Assembly: GCA_002937505.1 (NCBI GenBank) | Contig: PTJY01000001.1 | Coordinates: 472,986 to 536,985, forward strand | Length of the DNA stretch: 64,000 nt | Origin: Alphaproteobacteria bacterium MarineAlpha12_Bin1 | Lineage (GTDB): Bacteria > Pseudomonadota > Alphaproteobacteria > UBA6615 | Reading direction: 5' to 3' | Part shown: positions 41,185 through 50,633 of the stretch, piece after piece | How the letters are laid out: each line of letters starts with the position of its first letter | How positions within the stretch are numbered: position 1 is the stretch's first letter | Notes under the pieces: generated by a model | Databases searched by the model: none | Seen by the model: only the letters and a program-made list of their open reading frames with translations | Told to the model about the DNA's origin: nothing | Translations under genes and position numbers: made by a program

Positions 41185-42258
41185 TTGTCCAAATCACTTG
41201 GAATTCTTGCCGCGGGTGCCCTTGCAGTAGGCTTGCTAGCAACTGCAGCTGTTCCCGCAAGCGCAGATAAATTTAATTTTCGAATGGCCTCTGGTCATGC
41301 ACCAGCTACTGGCTATGTACGAATGATGTCTGAGCAGTTTGCCCCACGTGTAAAAGCAAAGCTTGCCGCTATGGGACACAAGGCGACTTTCAACGAAGCC
41401 TACGGTGGATCAATAGTTAAGGTCGCTGAAACACTTGAAGGCGTTAAAGATGGAATCGTCGATCTTGGTGGATATTGCTTCTGCTTTGAACCATCAAATC
41501 TGTTTGTACACACTTATCCATTGTGGATGCCGTTTGATGCTCAAAATGCAGTTCTCGGAACTAAAGTAGCTCGAACTGTGTATAATAAAATCCCCCATAT
41601 GAATGGAGTGTTTGAAAAAAAGTATAATCAAAAGCTCTTGGGTTTATTTGGGTTTGATAACTACGGTCTCTACACCACCTTTCCATGGACCGACGTAAAA
41701 GAGCTTAAGGGACGTAAATTATCTGGTGCAGGTCCAAACCTACCTTGGGTTGAAGCTGTTGGCGCAATACCAGTTGGCACAACTTTGCCAGACGTATATC
41801 CTTCCCTTCAAACTGGCGTCTATGAAGGAGTACTGCTTTTCCCATCAGTTGGATGGAGTCATAAACTTTTTGAACCAGCCCCTCATTATAAAATTGCAGG
41901 TTTTGGTTCGAAAACTTTCCATGGAATTACCATCAATCTAGACACATGGAAAAAACTCCCTGCTGATGTCCAAAAAGCTATGTTAGAAGCCGGTCAGGAA
42001 ACTGAAGACTTCACAGGCCCTTGGGTTGACGAGCTAGAAGCAACAAACCTTGGTCGAATGGTCATGGCTGGCGCTATAGTGACTCGAGTGACTCCAGAGG
42101 CAAGATTGGCTTGGGCAAAAACTTTGGCAGGTTTTCCTAATATGAGAGCTAAAGAAGCGGACAAAAAAGGGTTACCAGGTTCTACCGTAGTCCGTATGGC
42201 TGTGGATGTTGCAGAAAAATTAGGTCACAAATGGCCTGTAAGGTATGAAATCAAATAG
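41185..42258 (+). CDS. dctP: TRAP transporter substrate-binding protein (DctP family) with signal peptide
   Basis: Signal peptide MSKSLGILAAGALAVGLLATAAVPASA followed by a DctP-fold pattern. Transcribed divergently from dctQM. Confidence 0.75.
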   Translation: MSKSLGILAAGALAVGLLATAAVPASADKFNFRMASGHAPATGYVRMMSEQFAPRVKAKLAAMGHKATFNEAYGGSIVKVAETLEGVKDGIVDLGGYCFCFEPSNLFVHTYPLWMPFDAQNAVLGTKVARTVYNKIPHMNGVFEKKYNQKLLGLFGFDNYGLYTTFPWTDVKELKGRKLSGAGPNLPWVEAVGAIPVGTTLPDVYPSLQTGVYEGVLLFPSVGWSHKLFEPAPHYKIAGFGSKTFHGITINLDTWKKLPADVQKAMLEAGQETEDFTGPWVDELEATNLGRMVMAGAIVTRVTPEARLAWAKTLAGFPNMRAKEADKKGLPGSTVVRMAVDVAEKLGHKWPVRYEIK

Positions 42259-42288
42259 CCACAACAAACTTTATTGTATTTAAAAAAT

Positions 42289-42320
42289 GGGCCGGCTCTT
42301 CTGCCGGCCCATGTTTGTTG
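42289..42320 (+). terminator. rho-independent terminator after dctP
   Basis: Perfect GC stem GGGCCGGC-TCTTCT-GCCGGCCC followed by a U-rich tail, 30 nt after the dctP stop. Confidence 0.6.
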
Positions 42321-42410
42321 AAAACAGGTTTTAAAAACTATACTTTATAGTTAATGTTACTACTCAAGAAGTAGCTCCTGAATTAAAACTCCTACTTTAG
42401 AGAGTAGTCT

Positions 42411-42872
42411 ATGAACAACTCATTAGTTATGATTAGTTTTTTATATGTAACTCTATCTCTATTTGTCGCATCAGAAGTTAAAGGAAAATCTTTAATCAAC
42501 TTTCAAATAGATCGAGCAAACCCTGCAATAAACGCAACTCCTGCCGAAAGACCTCAGAAAACTTTTAGTGGTAGAGTAAATCCTAGAAATTGTCCGTTTG
42601 ATTTTAATGAGTATTTTTTAGGCCGTGTACAAGATGGAAATATAAGTGGAATGGCCGGAGAAGGAGTCAACTATGACTGGCCGATTCATACAAATGGTAC
42701 TTTCGGAGGAAAGCTGCCTCTAAAAAAACACCAAAATGGAAAATTTATCTTTCAATTGATTACGGGACGAGTAGATGGGGATAATCTACTAATGGACATA
42801 AAATATATACTACCAAATAACACTCAAACACTTTGCAAACAAAATGGAATAAAATTTTTTCTAGGTGGTTAA
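42411..42872 (+). CDS. secreted hypothetical protein
   Basis: Signal peptide present (MNNSLVMISFLYVTLSLFVASEVKG). Mature protein of about 128 aa with 2 Cys. No family recognised. Confidence 0.4.
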   Translation: MNNSLVMISFLYVTLSLFVASEVKGKSLINFQIDRANPAINATPAERPQKTFSGRVNPRNCPFDFNEYFLGRVQDGNISGMAGEGVNYDWPIHTNGTFGGKLPLKKHQNGKFIFQLITGRVDGDNLLMDIKYILPNNTQTLCKQNGIKFFLGG

Positions 42873-42948
42873 ATCGACAGAAAAAACAAACTTTATGAGG
42901 CTCAATAGGTTTTGTTAAATAAATAAAATAACGCAGAGAAATATTTAG

Positions 42949-43359
42949 ATGGTGAATAAAAATAAAGTTCAAAAGAGTAATGAAGAGTGGCAATCACAAT
43001 TGACACCTGAACAATTTCATATCACTCGTGAACACGGCACTGAAAGGCCATTCAGTGGTGAATACAATACCAACAAACAAGACGGGATTTATAAATGTAT
43101 TTGTTGCGGTAATCCACTGTTCGATTCGAAGACTAAATACGATTCAGGCTCTGGTTGGCCTAGTTTTTATGAGGCCATTGCAGAAGATGCAATAGAGGAA
43201 ATAGAGGATCGCAGTTTAATGATGAAACGAATTGAAACAGTGTGTTCTAAGTGTGACGCACATCTTGGGCATGTCTTTCCAGACGGACCAGCGCCTACCG
43301 GATTGCGTTATTGTATGAATTCTCTATCCCTGAAGTTTGAGAAGTCTGAAAAGAAGTAA
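42949..43359 (+). CDS. msrB: peptide-methionine (R)-S-oxide reductase
   Basis: Zinc ligands C..C ... C..C and the catalytic RYC.NS region ([35 protein letters not shown]). Confidence 0.9.
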   Translation: MVNKNKVQKSNEEWQSQLTPEQFHITREHGTERPFSGEYNTNKQDGIYKCICCGNPLFDSKTKYDSGSGWPSFYEAIAEDAIEEIEDRSLMMKRIETVCSKCDAHLGHVFPDGPAPTGLRYCMNSLSLKFEKSEKK

Positions 43360-43435
43360 AAAGTTTTCAGTGGGCTTTATCAAAAGACTATATTTTATAG
43401 GTACAAAATGAATTAGCGCATTGTCTTGTCTATGA

Positions 43436-44464
43436 CTATTTAGACTTTCGAGTAATGTCTAAAAAGACCTGCTCAAGATCCGGCTCCTTAGAAGAAATAT
43501 CGTTCACAGTAAGCCCTGCTTCGGAGATTGCTTTAAGAACTGAATTTATTTCAGTTTTACTAGTTTGGTAACGAAAAACTAGTTCATTTTTATCATTTAA
43601 AACCGCATGGTATTTACTCAAATTAGATGGGATACCTTTGATTTTTTCTGAGATAGAAATTCTTAATTCTTTATTATCGAGCCTCGCTACAAGTTTTTCT
43701 GTCGGATCAGAAGTGATTAATTGACCATCGTTTATTATTGCAACTATATCACATAGCTGCTCTGCTTCTTCTATATAATGGGTTGTCAATATTATTGTGG
43801 TACCATTATTTTTAAGCTCAATTATAAACTCCCATAAAGATTGACGTAGTTCCACGTCAACGCCTGCCGTGGGCTCATCCAAAACTAAGACTGGAGGGTT
43901 ATGAACTAACGCTTTTGCAACTAATAAACGCCGACGCATACCGCCAGAAAGCTCTCGAGAAAAGGTATTCGCTACACCAATTAAACCTACCCTCTTTAAA
44001 ATATCTTCTGTGTGTCTTTCAATAGGGGGTACCCCATATAAGCCAGCCTGTAATTCAAGTAATTCCTTGGGGGTAAAAAAAGCGTCCAGATTTAGCTCTT
44101 GCGGGACAACCCCAATTGCTGACCGAGCAGCTCGGGGGTTTTTATCTATATCAATCCCCCAAACGCTGGCTTTTCCATCCGTTTTAAGGACTAAGCCAGC
44201 GAGAATATTGATAAAAGTTGATTTACCGGCCCCATTTGGCCCTAGAAGTCCAAATATCACACCACGAGGTACATCTAGGTCAAACGCTCTAAGGGCATGA
44301 ATATCCCTATTACCCTTAACTTTGTATATTTTTTCTAAACCTCGTGTGCTTACGGCCTTATCGGGCAAATAAGATTTATCCTTTATCAAGTTATTTATAT
44401 CTTTAGTGTCTTTCTTATTCATACTATGACCACTATATAAAAAAAAAATTTTGGAAGTTAACAC
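43436..44464 (-). CDS. ABC transporter ATP-binding protein (ABC-2/NatA-like) with C-terminal extension; no adjacent permease
   Basis: Walker A GPNGAGKST, LSGGM signature, Walker B LVLDEP. Likely start at MNKKDTKD. Confidence 0.7.
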   Translation of the reverse strand: MLTSKIFFLYSGHSMNKKDTKDINNLIKDKSYLPDKAVSTRGLEKIYKVKGNRDIHALRAFDLDVPRGVIFGLLGPNGAGKSTFINILAGLVLKTDGKASVWGIDIDKNPRAARSAIGVVPQELNLDAFFTPKELLELQAGLYGVPPIERHTEDILKRVGLIGVANTFSRELSGGMRRRLLVAKALVHNPPVLVLDEPTAGVDVELRQSLWEFIIELKNNGTTIILTTHYIEEAEQLCDIVAIINDGQLITSDPTEKLVARLDNKELRISISEKIKGIPSNLSKYHAVLNDKNELVFRYQTSKTEINSVLKAISEAGLTVNDISSKEPDLEQVFLDITRKSK

Positions 44465-44549
44465 AAATCATGCTGATTATTTTTTCCTGTGCATCTATGA
44501 TGACATAAGCAGAATGACTTTTTAAGTAACATCAATTGGAGTGCAATAT

Positions 44550-44708
44550 ATGGAACCGGTTGAAATTGTGCAGGTCAATCAACAAACTTTTCACTGTGAT
44601 GGTGGGAATGACGTCCTAGGACACCCTCGAGTATTCCTTAATATAGGTCAAGAAAGTAAAGTAGACTGCCCATATTGCGGCCGCAGATATGTTCTAAAAG
44701 CTGATTAA
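44550..44708 (+). CDS. zinc-finger (zf-CHCC-type) small protein
   Basis: 52-aa ORF (MEPVEIVQVNQQTFHCDGGNDVLGHPRVFLNIGQESKVDCPYCGRRYVLKAD). It matches the conserved alphaproteobacterial small protein pattern ..C.GG...GHPRV.L.....V.CPYC.R.F. Not in the ORF track because it is under 60 aa. Confidence 0.7.
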   Translation: MEPVEIVQVNQQTFHCDGGNDVLGHPRVFLNIGQESKVDCPYCGRRYVLKAD

Positions 44709-44762
44709 TAAAATTCCATACAATTAAGACGGAGCAAAAATAAACTGAATAAACAGTCCCTT

Positions 44763-45308
44763 ATGTCTCGTTTAGAAACAAAACGTTTGACTTTAATACC
44801 TGTTGATCGAACTTTAGGTCGCGCCCTTATAAAGAATAGGTCACACGCAGAAAGGTTAACCTCTGGACTACTCCACCGTGACTTTCCAGATGAGGATCTG
44901 TTGGCAAAGCTACCTGCCTTTGTTCAACGACTAGAAGACTCCGCCAATCCCGCACTCGGATCAACAGCGCCTCCTGATCCTCGGGGCTGGGGTCTCTGGC
45001 TTTTTTTTTACAAATTAGAACGCCTTACAGTTGGTGCAGCTTCTTTTAATGGTCCCCCTTTGGATGGAGAAGTGGAACTTGGCTATCAAGTGGTTCCAGC
45101 CCATCGTCGCAGAGGTTTGACATATGAAGGGTGTAAGGCCTTAATCGAATGGGCCTTTTTTGACTCACGTACACTACAAATTGTTGCTGATTGCGAATCG
45201 AATAATATTGCTTCAGTGAACACTCTTGAAAAACTGGGGTTCACTGTGATCGGAAATAATGCTGAACAGCTTAAGTGGGGTTTAACAAGGAGTAACTGGC
45301 ATTTTTAG
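44763..45308 (+). CDS. GNAT-family N-acetyltransferase
   Basis: Acetyl-CoA-binding motif (Q..P..RRRGLTYEG) in the central region. Confidence 0.65.
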   Translation: MSRLETKRLTLIPVDRTLGRALIKNRSHAERLTSGLLHRDFPDEDLLAKLPAFVQRLEDSANPALGSTAPPDPRGWGLWLFFYKLERLTVGAASFNGPPLDGEVELGYQVVPAHRRRGLTYEGCKALIEWAFFDSRTLQIVADCESNNIASVNTLEKLGFTVIGNNAEQLKWGLTRSNWHF

Positions 45309-45364
45309 TTTGGTTCCAACTCAAATAGAAAAGTCTTGTTTCACTCCTACCTTGGGGAAAAAAT

Positions 45365-45991
45365 ATGGAAAGAAAAAGCTCGGACTACACTCTTTACGGA
45401 CATCCAGTTTCAGGGAATGCATACAAAGTGGCATTAATGCTATCTCTTTGCAGTATAGATTATGATTTTGAGATTGTTGATTTACCAGCTGGTGATAATT
45501 TAAGTGCTGAGTTTCTGGAAATAAATCCACTCGGAAAGATACCAGTTTTTCGTCATGGTGAACTCCTACTCAGACAAAGTCATGACGTCTTGAGGTATTT
45601 GGCTTCTCAAACAAGCCTTTTCGGGCCTAATGACTGGAATGAAGAAGCCAGAATTGGGGATTGGATTGGTTTTTCGGTAGACTTTCTTAGCTATGGTTTA
45701 GCTCGATTAAGGTTCGAGCTACTTTTTGGCAACGGCAAAGGGCCAATTTATGACTATTTTAAAACCTCCGCTGATAGAGGGCTTTCCTTACTTGAACCTC
45801 ATCTAAAAAATAATCAGTGGTTGGCATGTGAGCGCCCGACAATCGCTGACATATCGGTCTATCCTGTGATGACTTACCTCACAGACGGAGGCTATGATAC
45901 ATCCGACTTTTCTGGAATTACTTTATGGATGGAACGTTTCCAGTCGCTACAAGGCTTTGGAACGCAGTCAAAGTTAATGCCTGATGTATAA
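45365..45991 (+). CDS. glutathione S-transferase
   Basis: 208-aa GST fold. Third GST in the window. Confidence 0.65.
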   Translation: MERKSSDYTLYGHPVSGNAYKVALMLSLCSIDYDFEIVDLPAGDNLSAEFLEINPLGKIPVFRHGELLLRQSHDVLRYLASQTSLFGPNDWNEEARIGDWIGFSVDFLSYGLARLRFELLFGNGKGPIYDYFKTSADRGLSLLEPHLKNNQWLACERPTIADISVYPVMTYLTDGGYDTSDFSGITLWMERFQSLQGFGTQSKLMPDV

Positions 45992-46091
45992 AAGATATTA
46001 TCCCAATCCACTGAAAATTTCATAACAAGGACCAAGGAACTTATATTAGATAACGGTTGATCAAGCTAACGCAGAGATAGGATCTAATTCA

Positions 46092-48932
46092 GTGCAACAC
46101 AATAAAAAGCTATATCTAATTGACGGGTCAGGATTTATTTTCCGTGCATTCCACTCTTCACCATTAGATGCCTTTCGCAGATCAGATGGTATATATACAA
46201 ATGCTGTTGCAGGCTACTGCAGTATGCTGATGAAATTAATTGAAAAACCCCAGGTAGAAGGCAATATAGATTACATTGCAGTAATATTTGACGCTGCCCG
46301 CAAAACATTTCGTAATGATATCTATCCGCAGTATAAAGCCAATAGAGAAGCACCTCCCGAAGAATTAATTCCCCAGTTCGAACTAATACGCGAAGCCACT
46401 AGAGCGTTTAACTTACCGGCAATTCAAATGGAAGGGTATGAAGCTGATGATTTGATAGCCACCTATACAAACGATGCTATTAATCAAGGTATCGATGTTG
46501 TGATTGTATCTTCTGATAAAGATTTAATGCAGTTAGTTCAGCAAGGCGTAATAATGTTTGACCCAATGAAAGAGCAAGAAATAAATGAGCCTGATGTTAT
46601 AGAAAAGTTTGGAGTAACCCCTAGCAAGGTTATCGACGTCCAATCTCTTGCTGGAGACAGTTCAGATAATGTTCCTGGTGTGCCCGGAATCGGTGTAAAA
46701 ACAGCGGCACTTTTAATCAATGAGTACGGTGATTTAGAAACTCTTCTCTCAAATGCGGAAAACATAAAACAACCAAAAAGACGTCAGAACCTAGTGGATC
46801 ACGCTAATCTAGCCCTCATAAGTCGCCAGCTGGTCACATTAAAGAATGATGTGGTTCTGAAAGATAAGATAAACACTTTCTTGCTAGAAGACCCAGATCC
46901 AGAAAAACTAATATCTTTCTTAAAAAAAATGGAGTTTAGAACTCTTACTTCACGCATTGAAAGCCAACTCATAGCCAAAGGGGTATTAAGCAATAAAGAA
47001 TCTAGAGAAATCGAAAAATCTTCTGAAAAATTTAATTACGAATTAGTTCAGGAGGAAAAAGCATTAAACCAATGGCTTAAAGATGCTTATGAAGAGGGAA
47101 TAGTTGCCATAGACACAGAAACAACTTCTTTAAACTCTATGGAAGCTGAATTAGTTGGCTTTTCTCTGTGCACAGCTCCTGGAAGAGCATGCTATGTTCC
47201 AGTTGCCCACACCCGACCAACTTCAGGGGAGCTTAACTTAGAAGAGAAAAACGACCAAAATAGCAATAAAACCGAAAAGCAGTTTCCTATAAAAAACGCC
47301 TTATCCAAACTGAAGTCTCTTATCGAGAATCCTTCGGTATTAAAAGTAGCCCATAATGCCAAGTATGATCTTATGGTGCTTTCCAATAATTATAAAAAAT
47401 ATTTTCAAGAAGAAAACGAAAAAAACTGTGAAATCGTTCCCACAGCAATCGATGATACCATGTTATTAAGCTATGTCCTGGATGGAGGAAAAGGAAAACA
47501 TAATCTTGATGACCTAGCCTTACGCCACTTAAATCATAAAACTATAAAGTACAATGATCTAACAGGTAGTGGCAAAAATAAAATAAGTTTTTCTGAAGTC
47601 CCTATTCAAGATGCGTTAAATTACGCAGCTGAGGACGCTGATATAACCTTAAAGCTTCATCAAATTTTCAAAAGGCGCCTAACTGAAGAGCACATGAACA
47701 CGGTGTATCAAACTATAGAACGTCCATTAATTTCAGTTATTCTTGAAATGGAGAGAAATGGTGTGAAGGTAGATACTATCGCACTAAAAAATCTCTCGAA
47801 AGATTTTTCTAAAAGAACAGCGGACTTAGAAAAGTTAGCACACAGTCAAGCTGGAGAAACTTTTAACATTGGTTCACCGAAACAGCTGGGAGATATTCTC
47901 TTTAAGAAATTGGGAATTGAGGGCGGAAAGAAGGGAAAAACTGGCGCATTTTCTACAGGAGCCACTGTTTTAGAAGAATTATCTGCCCAAGGTCACGATT
48001 TGGCCAGAACTGTACTAGATTGGCGCCAACTAGCAAAACTGAAGTCAACCTATACAGACGCCTTAATTAATCAAGTTAGCCCCACCAGCGGTCGTATTCA
48101 TACCTCGTATGGTATGGCGATTGCACAAACAGGCCGGCTTTCATCTAATGAGCCCAATCTGCAGAACATTCCAATCAGAACAGAAGAAGGGCGTAAAATT
48201 CGTGAAACATTTATCGCCGAAAAAGGACACAAGCTGCTATCACTAGATTATTCTCAGATTGAATTACGCGTACTAGCCCATGTGGCTAATATAAAATCAT
48301 TAATTTCTGCCTTCGAAGAAGGACAAGATATCCATGCCATGACCGCCAGTCAGGTCTTTAAAACACCTTTAGACGGTCTATCTCCTGATCTTCGAAGGAG
48401 AGCAAAGGCTATAAACTTTGGAATTATTTATGGAATCTCTGCCTTTGGTCTAGCAAGAAATTTAGGAATAACTAGATCAGAAGCACAAGACTACATTAAG
48501 GCATATTTTGATAGATTTCCTGAAATTCAAGACTATATGAATGAAACAATCCTATTTGCTAAAAATAATGGGTACGTAGAGACAATATTTGGCCGCCGAA
48601 TACATCTAAATGGCATGAAGGATAAGAACCAGGCTATTAGAGGTAGCGCAGAGCGCCAAGCGATAAACGCTCCAATTCAGGGCGCCGCCGCCGATATAAT
48701 TAAGAGGGCAATGAACAGAATACCCAATTTACTAAATTTAAATAGTTTACGCGCAAAAATGTTACTTCAGGTCCATGATGAATTATTATTTGAAGTCCCA
48801 GAAGAAGAAATTGATAAATCCATTCAAGTTATAAAACAGATAATGGAACGCGCCGCAGAGCCAGGAACAAAGCTAGCGGTTCCACTAGTTGCCGATGCTG
48901 GTATCGGTAAAACATGGAATGATGCCCATTAA
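46092..48932 (+). CDS. polA: DNA polymerase I
   Basis: 946 aa with 5'-nuclease, 3'-5' exonuclease and polymerase domains (motif A DYSQIELR, motif B RRRAKAINFGIIYG, motif C QVHDELLFE). Confidence 0.95.
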   Translation: MQHNKKLYLIDGSGFIFRAFHSSPLDAFRRSDGIYTNAVAGYCSMLMKLIEKPQVEGNIDYIAVIFDAARKTFRNDIYPQYKANREAPPEELIPQFELIREATRAFNLPAIQMEGYEADDLIATYTNDAINQGIDVVIVSSDKDLMQLVQQGVIMFDPMKEQEINEPDVIEKFGVTPSKVIDVQSLAGDSSDNVPGVPGIGVKTAALLINEYGDLETLLSNAENIKQPKRRQNLVDHANLALISRQLVTLKNDVVLKDKINTFLLEDPDPEKLISFLKKMEFRTLTSRIESQLIAKGVLSNKESREIEKSSEKFNYELVQEEKALNQWLKDAYEEGIVAIDTETTSLNSMEAELVGFSLCTAPGRACYVPVAHTRPTSGELNLEEKNDQNSNKTEKQFPIKNALSKLKSLIENPSVLKVAHNAKYDLMVLSNNYKKYFQEENEKNCEIVPTAIDDTMLLSYVLDGGKGKHNLDDLALRHLNHKTIKYNDLTGSGKNKISFSEVPIQDALNYAAEDADITLKLHQIFKRRLTEEHMNTVYQTIERPLISVILEMERNGVKVDTIALKNLSKDFSKRTADLEKLAHSQAGETFNIGSPKQLGDILFKKLGIEGGKKGKTGAFSTGATVLEELSAQGHDLARTVLDWRQLAKLKSTYTDALINQVSPTSGRIHTSYGMAIAQTGRLSSNEPNLQNIPIRTEEGRKIRETFIAEKGHKLLSLDYSQIELRVLAHVANIKSLISAFEEGQDIHAMTASQVFKTPLDGLSPDLRRRAKAINFGIIYGISAFGLARNLGITRSEAQDYIKAYFDRFPEIQDYMNETILFAKNNGYVETIFGRRIHLNGMKDKNQAIRGSAERQAINAPIQGAAADIIKRAMNRIPNLLNLNSLRAKMLLQVHDELLFEVPEEEIDKSIQVIKQIMERAAEPGTKLAVPLVADAGIGKTWNDAH

Positions 48933-49269
48933 AAAAAAACACTTTTTTCAACAAAAGTTGAAAAAAGATTCCCCAAGTTGTCCAGACTAATTATTTTTTT
49001 TTTAATAAAAAAACTAATAATCGTATAATTAAAATAATGTGGATTTTCTAATAAACTCTTTAAAATCATACACTTCCTGAAATAAACTTTTTAAAATTAT
49101 CTATGTTCTCACTAAATACTAATCTGTGGTTTTGTTATTTATTTAAACATTAATTATTACTAATATTTATACTATTCGTATTGCAAAATGTTTAAGTAAC
49201 CTAGAAGATAGGTATTTGAAGGTAAAAAGTGTTTAAACTGTATACCCTGAATGACATGGATACAGTTGC

Positions 49270-49800
49270 TTGATGCCGATTTGGGGTGAGGGACCGACAT
49301 CAATGAGTGATACAAGTGAAGTAAATAGTGAAGAGGGCGTAAGAACATCAGCTGTCGTTAAGTGGTTCAATCCAATTAAAGGTTATGGGTTTGTACAACC
49401 AGATGATGAAACTGGAGATGCTTTTGTCCACGTATCAGTTCTTGAGGCAGCTGGGCACAGGGATCTACCTGACGGGGCGATTGTAGATTGCGAGATAAGT
49501 GACGGCGCGAAAGGCCCGACCGTAACAACTATTTTCAGTGTTACTGAACCAGAAGGTGGTTCAGAACTAGCAGAGCAAGCAGAGCCTGACGGACCCTTAA
49601 TTGAAGGTGTCGTTAAGTTCTTTGACCCTAATAAGGGATATGGCTTTATAGTACCTGATGATGGGGGCCCTGATATCTTCATTTCTGGCCGAGTAGTGGC
49701 CAGCGGAGGTTTACGTTCTTTGGAGCCTGAGACAAAGGTAAAGGTAGGCACCCAAAAGGGCGATAAAGGTCCTTTGGCCGTGGTAGTTGAGCTTATCTGA
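49270..49800 (+). CDS. cold-shock protein with two tandem cold-shock domains
   Basis: Two CSDs, each carrying an RNP1-like motif (VKWFNPIKGYGFV.PDD; VKFFDPNKGYGFI.PDD). Preceded by a ~330-bp AT-rich leader. Start could be Met12 (MSDTSE..). Confidence 0.8.
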   Translation: MMPIWGEGPTSMSDTSEVNSEEGVRTSAVVKWFNPIKGYGFVQPDDETGDAFVHVSVLEAAGHRDLPDGAIVDCEISDGAKGPTVTTIFSVTEPEGGSELAEQAEPDGPLIEGVVKFFDPNKGYGFIVPDDGGPDIFISGRVVASGGLRSLEPETKVKVGTQKGDKGPLAVVVELI

Positions 49801-49853
49801 TCAATTCTCTAGACCTCAGTTAAAGAGTTTGACTTTAATCTAATGGTCTTCTT

Positions 49854-50630
49854 TTAACCATGATTCTTAACGAGCCAATCAGTTAAAATCTGATTGAATA
49901 GTTCTGGTGCCTCCCAATAGGGGGAATGTCCTAGTCCTTCCAGCTCGATAACCGAGGCATGGGAAATATATGAAGCTACTTGATGGACCATAACTGGCGG
50001 GAAAAACATATCCTCCGACCCGACTATAAAAATGGTTGGAATAGAGAATTCTTTAAGCTCATCCGGACGTATTGATATCCCTTTTCCTGAAAGATGTTTC
50101 TGCCAACCAGGATTAAACCCCGAATTAGAATCTAAAATTTTTTCATACAGTTTATATAGCTCTGGTTCGCGTTCACTATAACCGGGAGCAAAAGCCCGAC
50201 CCGGAAGGCTTAATTTATTTTTAGCTTCATTTTCGCGAAGTTTCTTTCTTATTTCGGGCGTGCTGATCCCTCCTAAAGTGGAACATAAAACAATACCCGT
50301 TATACGTTCCGGATGTAATATGCCTAATTTCATACCAATTATACCACTCATCGATTGGCACACGAGCACAGCACGATCAATCTTTATAGCATCCATAATG
50401 GCTAATATATCCTCAACCATGAACTCTATTTGAAAGGATCCATCATCACATTTTGACCTACCAAATCCACGTTGATCTACATTAACCACCTTGTACTTTT
50501 TCATAAAAGTAGCCAATTGTCTCCACCAGCTAATGCTATTACCACCTCGCCCGTGAAGAAAGATTATCGGCAAACCCTCTCCTTCGCACTCGAACCAAAC
50601 CTCTGCGCCAAATTGCTTAACACAAGGCAT
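49854..50630 (-). CDS. alpha/beta hydrolase
   Basis: 258 aa. HG oxyanion motif (IIFLHGRGGN), nucleophile elbow (CQSMSG), and C-terminal His. Confidence 0.7.
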   Translation of the reverse strand: MPCVKQFGAEVWFECEGEGLPIIFLHGRGGNSISWWRQLATFMKKYKVVNVDQRGFGRSKCDDGSFQIEFMVEDILAIMDAIKIDRAVLVCQSMSGIIGMKLGILHPERITGIVLCSTLGGISTPEIRKKLRENEAKNKLSLPGRAFAPGYSEREPELYKLYEKILDSNSGFNPGWQKHLSGKGISIRPDELKEFSIPTIFIVGSEDMFFPPVMVHQVASYISHASVIELEGLGHSPYWEAPELFNQILTDWLVKNHG

Positions 50631-50633
50631 TTT

